Below, piece by piece: positions 9,271-19,302 of a DNA stretch of 64,000 nt. The stretch spans positions 304,939 to 368,938 of the forward strand of contig RDOB01000003.1 of assembly GCA_011364965.1 (NCBI GenBank), given 5' to 3'. The number at the start of each line of letters is the position of its first letter. Within the stretch, counting starts at the first letter, position 1. A program made the translations under genes and the position numbers. Source of the DNA: Candidatus Heimdallarchaeota archaeon (lineage in GTDB: Archaea; Asgardarchaeota; Heimdallarchaeia; Hodarchaeales; Hodarchaeaceae). Under the pieces are notes generated by a model. The model had not been told where the DNA came from and did no database searches. It worked only from the letters and a program-made list of their open reading frames with translations.

Positions 9271-11163
9271 TTATTTCTTTTCTAAGGCTCGTAACATAAA
9301 TTGAGTAATTCTATTTACCAGTTTTACTGGATCTTGAAGCGTTCCATCTGTAATCTCTTGATTTTCTAAAAGCTGATTTACACACATTTCAAAAAGAACA
9401 GAATTTGGTTCAGCATTAAACAAAGTTTTCATTTCCTTTATTAGAGAATTATTAGGATTTATTTCCAAGATTTTCTTATTTGGAGTAAAATTTTGATCCA
9501 TATAACGCATCGCACGAGAAAACGCTCCCATGCCAGTTGGATTTACTAAACGGCAAGGACTTTCAGTCAAAAGATCCGTATACTGGATATCTATGATTCT
9601 ATCCCCTAGAATCTCACTCATCTTCTTTAAAAAATCATCTTTTTCCTCTTTCTTCTCTTCTTCGGATTTATCTTCCTTTTTTTCATCCTCGGGAGGGGGG
9701 AGCTCTGGTTCGGCCTGATCTATGGCCTTGAACTTCTTTCCTTCGAATTCAACGACATTCATCATGACAAAACTATCAATAGGTTCATCAAAAAGAATCA
9801 CATCTTGTTGATTTTTCTTGTACGGTTCGAGATGCGGACTATTCTGTAAAATTTTTATATTTTCTCCTAAAAGATAAAAAATTTCTTCTTGTTGTTCTGA
9901 AAGATTTTCCAAATAACTTTTTAGTGTTATAAGCTTACTCTCGGATTTATAGGTTTTTACTCGAAGAAGATTCAGTAGCTTTTTTCTCCGTTTTTCATCT
10001 GCCGTTATTCCTTCTTTTATAAAAACCCCGAACTCATTCCACCATTCAAGATATTTCTCTTCATGTTCATCAATCATCTTTTCCAATTCATCGAGAATCT
10101 TACTCACAATGACTTTAGAAATTCGACGGATAGTCTGATCAACCTGGATCACTTCTCGAGAAACATTTAGTGGAAGGTCTTCACTATCAACCACACCAAA
10201 CACAAACCGGAGATATTCGGGGAGAAGATCCTTCGCTTTTTCTTGAACCAAAATCTTTTTACTATAAAGGCGAAGACCGTAATCTTGATATAATGATGTC
10301 ATCATTGCACGATTGGAGTGTTTGGGAAGAAAAATTAATGCTCGGAATTGAATTGGAGCATCTACACTAAGATGGATACGGTGAAAGGGTTCCGTATAAT
10401 CAAAGCTAACTTGCCGATAAAATTCATTATATTCTTCATCACTCACTTCTTCTTCAGCCTGATGCCAAATAGGTACCTGTCGATTAATGATTTCATCATC
10501 ATCTCCTATTCGGATGGGAAAACCCACGAAATCACTATATTTTTTGATGATGTTTTCTAATTTGTATTTATTGAGGAAATCTGATTTCATATCTTCCTTG
10601 AGATAAAGGACGACATCTGTCCCTCGAGTTGTTTTATCATAATTCTTAACTTGAAATTCTCCTGTTCCAGTAGAACGCCATTCAACCCCTTGGCCTTCCT
10701 GAGAATAGGTTCGTGATCGCACTACAACTTCCTTTGCTACAATAAAAGAACTATAGAATCCTACTCCAAACATTCCAATGAAATTGGAAACATCAGATGT
10801 TTCATTTAAATCTTTAAGAAATTCTAATGTTCCACTTTGTGCAATAGTTCCCAAATTTGTTACTATTTCCTTATAAGTCATTCCGTAACCTGTATCAGAG
10901 ACAGTAATAGTTCCTTCGTCCTCATCAAAGAGTATACGAATTGATAATTCAGCTTCAGGATCCAATATTGTTCTAGATTCATCAAATTGAACCACACGGA
11001 GTTTATGCAGTGCATCAGCGGCATTAGAAATTAATTCTCTTAAGAAAATTTCACGATTTTTATATAAGCGGTTTATCAGAATATCAAGTAATTTTTGTAT
11101 TTCAGCTTGAAATTCAAAAGTTTCAATAAAATTTGAATTGTCATTTTGGCTATCTTTTGTCAT
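9271..11163 (-). CDS. htpG: Hsp90 family chaperone HtpG
   Basis: FQAE, YKNREIFLRELISNAADA, DTGYGM, NLGTIAQSGT, IGMFGVGFYS, LPLNVSRE, LEINP. Confidence 0.95.
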   Translation of the reverse strand: MTKDSQNDNSNFIETFEFQAEIQKLLDILINRLYKNREIFLRELISNAADALHKLRVVQFDESRTILDPEAELSIRILFDEDEGTITVSDTGYGMTYKEIVTNLGTIAQSGTLEFLKDLNETSDVSNFIGMFGVGFYSSFIVAKEVVVRSRTYSQEGQGVEWRSTGTGEFQVKNYDKTTRGTDVVLYLKEDMKSDFLNKYKLENIIKKYSDFVGFPIRIGDDDEIINRQVPIWHQAEEEVSDEEYNEFYRQVSFDYTEPFHRIHLSVDAPIQFRALIFLPKHSNRAMMTSLYQDYGLRLYSKKILVQEKAKDLLPEYLRFVFGVVDSEDLPLNVSREVIQVDQTIRRISKVIVSKILDELEKMIDEHEEKYLEWWNEFGVFIKEGITADEKRRKKLLNLLRVKTYKSESKLITLKSYLENLSEQQEEIFYLLGENIKILQNSPHLEPYKKNQQDVILFDEPIDSFVMMNVVEFEGKKFKAIDQAEPELPPPEDEKKEDKSEEEKKEEKDDFLKKMSEILGDRIIDIQYTDLLTESPCRLVNPTGMGAFSRAMRYMDQNFTPNKKILEINPNNSLIKEMKTLFNAEPNSVLFEMCVNQLLENQEITDGTLQDPVKLVNRITQFMLRALEKK

Positions 11164-11384
11164 TATATCGTCACTTCTACAATACTACTACTTGAATTTA
11201 CAATTCAATCTTGAACAACGAATTCACTAAATAGATGAAAAAAATTTAGATCCATCTTTTCTAATAGAACCTTTAAATAGACAAGAAGCATCCGAGTAAC
11301 CTGTTCTATAATCGTTCTCATGATCATCTTGGAACGAAAGAAATTATTAGAATAGATTAAGACTTGATCGGAGTGAAAATGAAG

Positions 11385-11519
11385 ATGGCAAAATGGGAAT
11401 GTCTCATCTGTGGATATATCTATGATGAAGAAGTCGAGGGTACACGCTTTGAGGATTTACCAGACGACTGGAGCTGTCCAGAGTGCGGTGCGCCGAAAGA
11501 AGACTTTGAAAGGTTATAA
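11385..11519 (+). CDS. Rubredoxin (44 aa; alternative start 11379)
   Basis: Below ORF-track cutoff; translates [44 protein letters not shown]; directly upstream of fprA. Confidence 0.95.
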   Translation: MAKWECLICGYIYDEEVEGTRFEDLPDDWSCPECGAPKEDFERL

Positions 11520-11622
11520 ATTCAAAGGTTCGACTCTTCAATCCTTTTTTTCTATCTTTAGTGGTTTAACCAAAATGGAGTTATTGAAAAAATTTCATAT
11601 TAGGAGTAAATGAGGTTTATCA

Positions 11623-12822
11623 TTGGTAGCTGTTGAAATAAAACCTTGCGTATATTGGGCAGGAGTAAATGACCGATCTACAGAGTTATTTGAGGGATTA
11701 TGGCCAATTCAAGATGTGGGAGTCTCATATAATAGTTACATTATTGCTGATGAAAAAGTTGCTTTAATAGACTTGGTTAAAGGAATAAAAACCGATGATT
11801 TTCTGACTCAGATTGAAGAAATCGTAGAGCTTACTAATATTGATTACGTGATTATTAACCACATGGAACCAGATCACACTGGAATCATTAAGATCTTTTT
11901 AAAAATGGTTCCAAATATTACTTTTGTGGGAACTGAAAAAACGAAACAAATGTTGGAAGATTACTACCAGATCAGTACAAATTTTATGGCGGTAAAAACT
12001 GGAGACCGTCTGAATTTAGGCAATCATACCCTTGTTTTTTATGAGACGCCTTTTGTGCACTGGCCTGAAACAATGGTTACATGGGAAGAGCAAAGTAAAA
12101 TTTTATTCTCCTGTGACGCGTTTGGTGGGTTCGGAGCTTTACGAGGATCTATATTTGATGATGAATACGACGATCTAGGCTTTTATATTGAAGAAGCGCT
12201 ACGTTATTACGCTAATATCGTAGCTAAATTTAGCCGATTTGTCTTAAAGGCAATTGATGCATTGAGGAACCTTGAAATCGAAATTATTGCCCCTTCGCAT
12301 GGATTAATATGGCGGAATCCCAAAAAAATCATAGATCTATACCAAAAATGGGCAAGATATGCATCAGAACCTGCAGAGAAAGGAATTACATTGATATATG
12401 GCTCTATGTATGGTAATACAGAAAAAATGATGAACGCCATTATTCAAGGGGCATCTAAATCAGGTTTACCAATTCAGGTATTTGATGTTGCTCGAACAGA
12501 TGTTAGCTATATCCTACCGTTTCTTTGGAAGTACCAAGGTGTAATCATTGGTGCTCCCACCTATGAAACAAAATTATTTCCCCCCATGACTTATGTTCTT
12601 ACAATGGCGGAATATAAAAGAATTTTCAATAAGAAAGTTGCACGTTTTGGTAGTTATGGTTGGTCTGGTGGAGCTCAACGTGATGTGGAAACCCAACTTG
12701 AAAAATTAAAATGGGAATTAACAGAGGTCTTTGAATTCCAAGGTGGTCCAACAACCACAGATTTAGCAAAGGGAGAAGAATTCGGGAAGCGATTTGCTAA
12801 ACTTCTGAAGGACGTAAGCTAG
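11623..12822 (+). CDS. fprA: Flavodiiron protein (FprA/A-type flavoprotein)
   Basis: SYNSY, HMEPDH, HWPE, SCDAFG, PSHG, SMYGNT, GSYGWSG. Confidence 0.95.
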   Translation: MVAVEIKPCVYWAGVNDRSTELFEGLWPIQDVGVSYNSYIIADEKVALIDLVKGIKTDDFLTQIEEIVELTNIDYVIINHMEPDHTGIIKIFLKMVPNITFVGTEKTKQMLEDYYQISTNFMAVKTGDRLNLGNHTLVFYETPFVHWPETMVTWEEQSKILFSCDAFGGFGALRGSIFDDEYDDLGFYIEEALRYYANIVAKFSRFVLKAIDALRNLEIEIIAPSHGLIWRNPKKIIDLYQKWARYASEPAEKGITLIYGSMYGNTEKMMNAIIQGASKSGLPIQVFDVARTDVSYILPFLWKYQGVIIGAPTYETKLFPPMTYVLTMAEYKRIFNKKVARFGSYGWSGGAQRDVETQLEKLKWELTEVFEFQGGPTTTDLAKGEEFGKRFAKLLKDVS

Positions 12823-12956
12823 GCTCTTTTCCCTATTTTTATTTTTAAAAGAAGGTCTATTTTCGGGAATTACATATAATACCTATTATTCACACGTTAT
12901 ATAACACTAAAAAATATTTATTTCCGAAAGAAATTACTTAAAAAGAGACGATTAAA

Positions 12957-13940
12957 ATGGTAGAATATAGAAAAGTTGGAAAAACAGGATTAAAAATTAG
13001 TGAGATATCTTTAGGAGCATGGCTCACCTATGGAGGATCACTGGAAAAAGAGGGAAGTAAAAAATGCGTAACTAAAGCGATCGAGTTAGGGATCAATTTC
13101 ATTGATATTGCGGATGTTTATGCAAGGGGACAGGCAGAAATAGTTATCGGACAAATAATTCGAGACGAAAATTACGCTCGCTCAGATCTAGTAATCAGTA
13201 GTAAAGTGTTCTGGCCCATGAGTGAAAATATTAATGACAGAGGACTTTCACGAAAGCATATTATGGAGTCAATTGAAAAAACGCTCTCACGATTAGAAAC
13301 AGCTGATTATTTGGATATCTATTTTTGTCATCGTTTTGATCGATATACTCCTTTAGAGGAGACAATTCGAGCGATGTCTGATTTAATTGATCAAGGACTA
13401 GTGCATTACTGGGGTACTTCGGTCTGGCCAGCAGTACAACTTGAAAGAGCGGTATGGATGGCTAAAGAAATGGGTTGCCATCCTCCAATGGTTGAGCAAC
13501 CCCGCTATAACATGCTTGACCGTTTTATTGAATTGGATGTTATGGAAACTTGCCAAAGAAATGGAATTGGCATTGTTTGTTGGTCACCACTTGCTCAAGG
13601 ACTGTTAACTGGAAAATATAATGATGGAATCCCAGAAGCAAGCAGAGGGGCTACATCAAAATGGTTGGAACGAGAACTAACTGAAAATAACATTAAGAAA
13701 ATCAAAGCACTCGCCAATTTAGCTAGTTCAATAGACCTTTCGTTAAACCAATTGGCATTAGCTTGGATTTTGCGTAGAGAGGAAATGAGTTGCGCGATCA
13801 CTGGGGCAACCAAACCTGAACATGTGGAATCAAATGTTCAGGCATCAGGAATAAGACTCAGTTCAGAAACCTTGGATCATATAGACGAGATTTTGCAGAA
13901 TAAACCTGAAACTCATCCTATTTATCGGCCTCCTTATTGA
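12957..13940 (+). CDS. Aldo/keto reductase (Kv-beta-like subfamily)
   Basis: GLKISEISLG, DIADVY, GLSRKHI, CHRFD, WGTS, WSPLAQGLLTGKY. Confidence 0.92.
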   Translation: MVEYRKVGKTGLKISEISLGAWLTYGGSLEKEGSKKCVTKAIELGINFIDIADVYARGQAEIVIGQIIRDENYARSDLVISSKVFWPMSENINDRGLSRKHIMESIEKTLSRLETADYLDIYFCHRFDRYTPLEETIRAMSDLIDQGLVHYWGTSVWPAVQLERAVWMAKEMGCHPPMVEQPRYNMLDRFIELDVMETCQRNGIGIVCWSPLAQGLLTGKYNDGIPEASRGATSKWLERELTENNIKKIKALANLASSIDLSLNQLALAWILRREEMSCAITGATKPEHVESNVQASGIRLSSETLDHIDEILQNKPETHPIYRPPY

Positions 13941-14034
13941 GGTCTACTTTCTTATTTTTTATAATAGAATATAATGAAAAAAAGAGAGGAGAAAAAGGTG
14001 AAAGGGAGAAGCGGGTGAAAAAAAGGGAGAGGAT

Positions 14035-14160
14035 TAGTTGACTGTCCAAACAGCCGTAGCTGCTAGGCATCTCTGGTATCCACGATTTTTGTCGGCATAT
14101 TCTAATAGGCGAACGACTCAGAGTCAGAGTCTTGGGAAGCGTGAGTCATGATAGATCCAT
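14035..14160 (-). ncRNA. Candidate small structured RNA (unassigned)
   Basis: About 47% GC in an AT-rich intergenic region; two stems that need G:U pairs only available on the minus strand; followed on the minus strand by a long pyrimidine tract. Confidence 0.3.
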
Positions 14161-14476
14161 TATAGTTTAATACTTCAAGCACAATCGAAAGGGTTAATTT
14201 TTTATGAATGAAGGCTAATTCCTGGTCTTCTGTGTCTAGCGAATAAGTTTTCAACGAAATCCTCACGGATTGCTTTTAGCAGAAAATATTTTTTATATCT
14301 CCATCATACTCGCGTATTACGTTGATCTTTGATTTTTTATTTCTGTCTATGGATTTCTATTTTGAATACTTATAGGAATGTATCAACGTTAAAATTACTC
14401 GTGCTATCATTAAAATTTATTTCATAACAGGATTAACGTTTAGAGAGATTTTATGAATTTCTATTAGCATTAAGAG

Positions 14477-14632
14477 CTATATTGAGGACAACAAACTAAC
14501 AGATTCCTGTTTATTATAATTAGGATCAACACGAGTGGGTAAACGGATGAATAATGGGCCTGTATAATTCAAAAAAGCTATTATTTTATCTAATTCTACT
14601 TTAAAATAGGTATATTCGTCCAAATTACACAT
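14477..14632 (-). CDS. Small hypothetical protein (51 aa)
   Basis: MCNLDEYTYFKVELDKIIAFLNYTGPLFIRLPTRVDPNYNKQESVSLLSSI; GAGGT SD-like sequence upstream; island-type promoter motif 35 nt upstream. Confidence 0.5.
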   Translation of the reverse strand: MCNLDEYTYFKVELDKIIAFLNYTGPLFIRLPTRVDPNYNKQESVSLLSSI

Positions 14633-14666
14633 TTCTTTTTACCTCAAAATTGATACCTTATGGGAT

Positions 14667-14681
14667 TTATATATTCAAAAT
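14667..14681 (-). promoter_or_regulatory. Shared promoter element copy (ATTTTGAATATATAA)
   Basis: Identical to the copy at 42343-42357; precedes the 51-aa ORF. Confidence 0.55.
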
Positions 14682-14921
14682 TCAACCTTTTCTCAATGTT
14701 CTACTACTTTCATCTTTGGTGATCTCTCTATTTAAAGAAATACACGACAGAACATTCTAAAAGTAATCAAGAGGCAATTAAAGAGGAAAGAGCTTTATTA
14801 TAGATTAATACGCAAAGATTATCCGACAATAAATAAGAGAATTAAAAAAAAAGGGTTTTTGGTGAAAATATTCCACAATAACCCCAGTCACAACCAAACA
14901 CTTCCTAGTAGAATATAAGAA

Positions 14922-16109
14922 TTATGAAAAGGTTCTATCAAAGATAGGTTCATATTTGGATAGCATATATCTTCCGACGATCATACGTTGTATTTGTGAA
15001 GTACCTTCATAAATTTGGTAGAGTTTAGCATCCCTAAACAATTTTTCGATGAGATAGGTTGTAATATATCCATAACCAGCGAATATCTGAAGAGCATCTG
15101 AAGCGGTTTTCATCCCATAATCTGAGGCAAATGCTTTCGCAATTGAAGCAGAAATCGTATTGTCTCTATCTTGATCAGCTTCCCATGCAGATTTCCATGT
15201 TAATAACCGACTGGCCTCATAATGCATTTTCATTTCAGCTATCATGAACTGTATGGCCTGAAAGTTAGCTAATTTATCCTCGAATGCTTCACGACGTTTA
15301 GCATAAGCTATTGCATACTCCATTGCCGCACGTTGCATCCCTGTTGCGAATGCGCCTATTGTTGGCCGAGTATGAGAGAATGTGCGCATTGCAATGGGAA
15401 AACCCTTTCCTGGTTCTCCCAAAATGTGATCCTTTGGAACATGAACATTTTCTAAAGTGACACGAACCGTATTTGAAGCTTTATGACCCATTTTAGGAAT
15501 TGGTTTACCAATGCGTACTCCATCTAAATCCATGGGTACAACTACTCCAGTAATTCCTTTATGTCGTTTTGTTCCCTCCATTCGGACAAAAGTGCTCATA
15601 AACGAAGCTACACCACCGTTAGTAATCCACATTTTTCTTCCATTTAAGATAATATCTTCTCCTTCTAATGTAGCCGTTGTTGCGATTCCCGCGACATCAC
15701 TACCCATCCCAGGTTCGCTAGTTGCAAACGCAATAAACTTCAATTCTTCCATTAGCGGTCTCAAAAATCTATTTTTCTGTTCAGATGTTCCAGCGATGAT
15801 TATAGGTTCCGCGCCAAGACTATTGTCAAATAATGACGTAGTAATCCCAGGATCACCTGCAGCAGTTTCCTCCACAATTAAACAGTTATCTAGGATTCCA
15901 AGTTCAGGCCCTCCGACCTCTTTGGGGAATACTGTGTTCATCAATCCCGCTTCTAGAGCTTTTTGATATATTTCTAATGGAAATTCTCCTGTTTGGTCAT
16001 ATTTCCTACTTACAGGGATAATTTCGTTTATTGTAAATTCTCGTGCTTTTTTCTGAAGCTCTTTTTGTTCACTAGTGAGAGAAAAATCGATCATTCTATC
16101 TACTTCCAT
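14922..16109 (-). CDS. Acyl-CoA dehydrogenase
   Basis: FATSEPGMGSD, LNGRKMWITNG, KMGHKAS, ALQIFAGYGY, RDAKLYQIYEGTSQIQR. Confidence 0.95.
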   Translation of the reverse strand: MEVDRMIDFSLTSEQKELQKKAREFTINEIIPVSRKYDQTGEFPLEIYQKALEAGLMNTVFPKEVGGPELGILDNCLIVEETAAGDPGITTSLFDNSLGAEPIIIAGTSEQKNRFLRPLMEELKFIAFATSEPGMGSDVAGIATTATLEGEDIILNGRKMWITNGGVASFMSTFVRMEGTKRHKGITGVVVPMDLDGVRIGKPIPKMGHKASNTVRVTLENVHVPKDHILGEPGKGFPIAMRTFSHTRPTIGAFATGMQRAAMEYAIAYAKRREAFEDKLANFQAIQFMIAEMKMHYEASRLLTWKSAWEADQDRDNTISASIAKAFASDYGMKTASDALQIFAGYGYITTYLIEKLFRDAKLYQIYEGTSQIQRMIVGRYMLSKYEPIFDRTFS

Positions 16110-16429
16110 TTGATTCCATTTAACGATTACATGAATATTCTCTTTAACTTCGTGTCAATCTTGATTTTCAGTTACTTTTAAACGTATTTTTCCGAAAAAA
16201 AATTTCCATTCATAAAATCACTCGATGCTACTTTAAGTTAATAGTAGAACACCCTTTAGGGAATTCTTCCTCAATTCTTCAAAAGAGCGTATCTGAATAA
16301 ATATCATCCAAAATCACATGCCAAAAGAGAGAAAATAAAAAGGAATTTTCCTTTTTTTCGGAAATTATTTAACAATAGGCAAAACGTAGGGAAAATACAA
16401 TATTTTGACGTAATTTAGGGAGAATATTA

Positions 16430-17077
16430 GTGAGAAAACTACCCCGCGGCTTATTAATAGCTTTCGAAGGCATAGATGGTTCTGGTAAGACCACACAGAT
16501 CAAGGAGGTCGCTGATCGTCTCCAGAAGATGGGTTTCATTGTAACTGTCACGCATGAACCTAATCACAATTCCCCCTATTCACAATTCATCAAAGAAAAG
16601 GTTAAGAAACATCGAGATAAAACCACACCTGAACAGGAGTTAGAATGGTATACACTTGATCGGAAATGGGATTTGGAAGTGAATATCACACCAGCTTTAA
16701 GAAAAAATCATTTAGTTCTTGTAGATCGTTATTATTTAAGTTCTGCGGCGTATCAGGGAGCATTAAATGAATTTTCACCTGAATATATACTAGAACGGAA
16801 TGCTTTTGCTCATCGACCAGATTTATGGTTAATTTTAGATGTTCCTGTCCCAATTGGACAATCTAGAATACGAGTTCGAGATAAGAAAAAGAATGAGGAT
16901 CAACTTGAAATACCGACTTTTCAAGAAAAAGTTCGAGATAACTATGATAAACTCGCTAAAATGGACATTGGAGGAGAAGTGATAAGGATTGACGCGAGTA
17001 TTAACGAGGATAAATTAACTCAAGAATTAATCTCGATTATTCTAAAATTCATTGATAAAATTGTTGCAGATATTTAG
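16430..17077 (+). CDS. tmk: Thymidylate kinase
   Basis: FEGIDGSGKTT, HEP, VDRYYLSSAAYQG, RPDL. Confidence 0.95.
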   Translation: MRKLPRGLLIAFEGIDGSGKTTQIKEVADRLQKMGFIVTVTHEPNHNSPYSQFIKEKVKKHRDKTTPEQELEWYTLDRKWDLEVNITPALRKNHLVLVDRYYLSSAAYQGALNEFSPEYILERNAFAHRPDLWLILDVPVPIGQSRIRVRDKKKNEDQLEIPTFQEKVRDNYDKLAKMDIGGEVIRIDASINEDKLTQELISIILKFIDKIVADI

Positions 17078-17095
17078 AATTAATTTACTGCTAAT

Positions 17096-17563
17096 TCATT
17101 TTCTAACAAGCTCTTTTGCGCTATTTAAATAAGCCAACAGATGATTGATTGTCATTTCTCTGAAATTCTCGATCTGTTCTTTCCCTTCAGCAGTTTCATA
17201 GATAATGGAAGCCTGCTGTTGAATCTTTATATCTCGAATAATAGAGTTCAAATCCATCTTTAATTTATCATCTTTTTCGAAACCCAAGTTTCGTATTCTC
17301 ACTAAAATCGCTAAAGCATCCGTAAACTGTAAATCATATACAAGAATTAATGCACGGATAAACAAGCTTTGAACTATTACACGATTGGCGGTAGGAGAAC
17401 TGTGTTCAATTCGTTTGAGAAACGTCATTGCTGTGTGCACTTGGCCTTCTTCTAAATATGCTTTAGCGAGTTGGAAATTGCGAAAATCATGCAATTCCAT
17501 AAAATTTTGTAATTGGTTTTCAATACGGTTCAAAGCAATCCTGATTTCAGAGTCCAATACCAT
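17096..17563 (-). CDS. Hypothetical helical (TPR-like) protein
   Basis: LAKAYLEEGQVHTAMTFL TPR-like helix pattern. Confidence 0.55.
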   Translation of the reverse strand: MVLDSEIRIALNRIENQLQNFMELHDFRNFQLAKAYLEEGQVHTAMTFLKRIEHSSPTANRVIVQSLFIRALILVYDLQFTDALAILVRIRNLGFEKDDKLKMDLNSIIRDIKIQQQASIIYETAEGKEQIENFREMTINHLLAYLNSAKELVRK

Positions 17564-17696
17564 TAAATCACAACTAATAAAATCCCTAATCTATTATCAT
17601 AAAAACATTTGTATGCAAATAAACCCGATTTCGTATAAAAAATAAAAGGAAAACTAATTTCCCTTTGTGAAGCCTAAATGTACTTAAATCTTAACC

Positions 17697-17984
17697 TTAT
17701 TTCGTCCTTTTGATTATATGGTACCCAAATTTGGTTTTGATTGGCATCTGGGTCATTTCTCCCTTCTTTAACGCAAACGCTGCAGTCTCAAACTCCTTTA
17801 CCATTGCTCCTCGTCCAAACTCTCCCAAATTCCCCCCCTTTTTTTTACTAGGACATGTAGAATGCTTGCGAGCCATCTCAGCAAATATTGCCCCACTATT
17901 AATTTCTTCTATGATTTGTTCTGCTAATGATTTCTTCTCTACAAGAATATGACTTGCTTTGATTTTATCAGACATAAATACCAC
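17697..17984 (-). CDS. ppiC: Parvulin-type peptidyl-prolyl isomerase
   Basis: [37 protein letters not shown]. Confidence 0.95.
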   Translation of the reverse strand: MVFMSDKIKASHILVEKKSLAEQIIEEINSGAIFAEMARKHSTCPSKKKGGNLGEFGRGAMVKEFETAAFALKKGEMTQMPIKTKFGYHIIKRTK

Positions 17985-17998
17985 CTTAAATTATTATA

Positions 17999-19264
17999 CT
18001 ATTCGGGATATTCTGGTAATGGGCCATAATTCGATATAATTTTCAATATTTCTCCATCAGTTAAAATAGAGTCTCTCATTTTGGCATCATTTAATATCAT
18101 TTCCACGAGTTCTCTATTATAAGAAACTGCATGATTTACTAACCACCAAATGACGTTACTTCTCCCACTGTTGGGACCTATTTCAATTTGTTGTGACCTT
18201 CCGACCCATTCTGCTGGAATAGCGGAATATACCCTATCTTCTAACCAAGTATTTCCGATCTTTTTTGCTTTGATTAATGCAGACGCATGAATACCCGATT
18301 GCGTTCGGAATGCGTCTTTTCCTATAACTGGAGTTTGAGGGGGGATGGGTACACCTGTAATGCGGGAAGCAGTTTGAGAATATTCATCTAAAGCATAGAG
18401 CTTGTTATCTATCCAATCTAAAAGGCGACAGTTAACAAGAAGGAGTTCCATTGAAAGATTACCAGAACGCTCACCGATCCCAAGTGCAGTTGCGTGTACT
18501 CGTGAGGCTCCTGCATCAATAGCCGCAATAGCATTTGCCAACGCAAATCCACGATCACGATGTCCGTGCCAATCAATCCCAATATTTTTTTCTCCAAGAT
18601 CAGTGATTAACCGTTTAGCAAATTGGATAATATTACGCGTTCCATCTGGGGTTGCGTGGCCAACTGTATCACATAAAGCTATTCGATTTGCTCCTGACGT
18701 GATAGCTGCACTAATTAACTTTTCTAGTGTCTCGGGAGTCGCACGAACGGTATCTTCAGTTACGAAAAGGACTGGAAGAGAATTATCCACTGCTTTACTT
18801 ATTGTTTGATCTATCTGTTGAATTAGTTTTTCAATCTTCCACCCTTCAACCAACACTCGGATTGGACTTGAGCCAATGAAAGCACAAATTTCCAATGGTA
18901 CCTCAGTTCGTCCAATAATGTCCAAATAGATTTCAACATCAGTTGGTATCATTCTTACGGGGCAATTTGGACGTATTTTTAAGTTTTTATCCCGTATAGC
19001 AGTGGATAAGCTTTCAACATCCTGCTTAAACTTCTCAGATGCAAACGCCATCCCCAGATTTACCGAATGGATCCCCAACTTTTCCATAAAAAGAATAAGT
19101 TCAACTTTCTCACTTAAATTTGGATCACGAACACTAGCTGCTTGAAGACCATCTCGTAACGTTTCATCCAGAAATTCAAGCTTAGCAGGCCGATCGATGT
19201 GAGATACCCCTTGTAAATTCCAATCGTAAATTAATTCGCTTAAATTTTTCTGCGTATGAATCAC
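17999..19264 (-). CDS. LeuA-family (isopropylmalate/homocitrate synthase-like) DRE-TIM enzyme lacking the regulatory domain
   Basis: DETLRDGLQ, CDTVG, HGHRDRG, GIGERSGN, SGIHA. Confidence 0.85.
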   Translation of the reverse strand: MIHTQKNLSELIYDWNLQGVSHIDRPAKLEFLDETLRDGLQAASVRDPNLSEKVELILFMEKLGIHSVNLGMAFASEKFKQDVESLSTAIRDKNLKIRPNCPVRMIPTDVEIYLDIIGRTEVPLEICAFIGSSPIRVLVEGWKIEKLIQQIDQTISKAVDNSLPVLFVTEDTVRATPETLEKLISAAITSGANRIALCDTVGHATPDGTRNIIQFAKRLITDLGEKNIGIDWHGHRDRGFALANAIAAIDAGASRVHATALGIGERSGNLSMELLLVNCRLLDWIDNKLYALDEYSQTASRITGVPIPPQTPVIGKDAFRTQSGIHASALIKAKKIGNTWLEDRVYSAIPAEWVGRSQQIEIGPNSGRSNVIWWLVNHAVSYNRELVEMILNDAKMRDSILTDGEILKIISNYGPLPEYPE

Positions 19265-19302
19265 TTCTTAATAACAATCCATTAGAGATTAATTGCTACA
19301 AT

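Noticed and set aside
11410-11613. 67-aa ORF in the ORF track
   Set aside because: Out-of-frame shadow of the rubredoxin gene
14035-14160. Selenoprotein via UGA read-through (MDLS-U-LTLPK...)
   Set aside because: No recognisable selenoprotein context or SECIS, and the frame runs into low-complexity terminator sequence
14359-14373. Additional weak promoter-motif match ATTTTGAATACTTAT (+), and TTCTAGAATATTTAA near 59492
   Set aside because: Degenerate matches with no suitably spaced downstream ORF; expected by chance in AT-rich DNA
16337-16356. Inverted repeat AAAAAGGAA/TTCCTTTTT upstream of tmk
   Set aside because: Low complexity with a 2-nt loop; not distinguishable from chance
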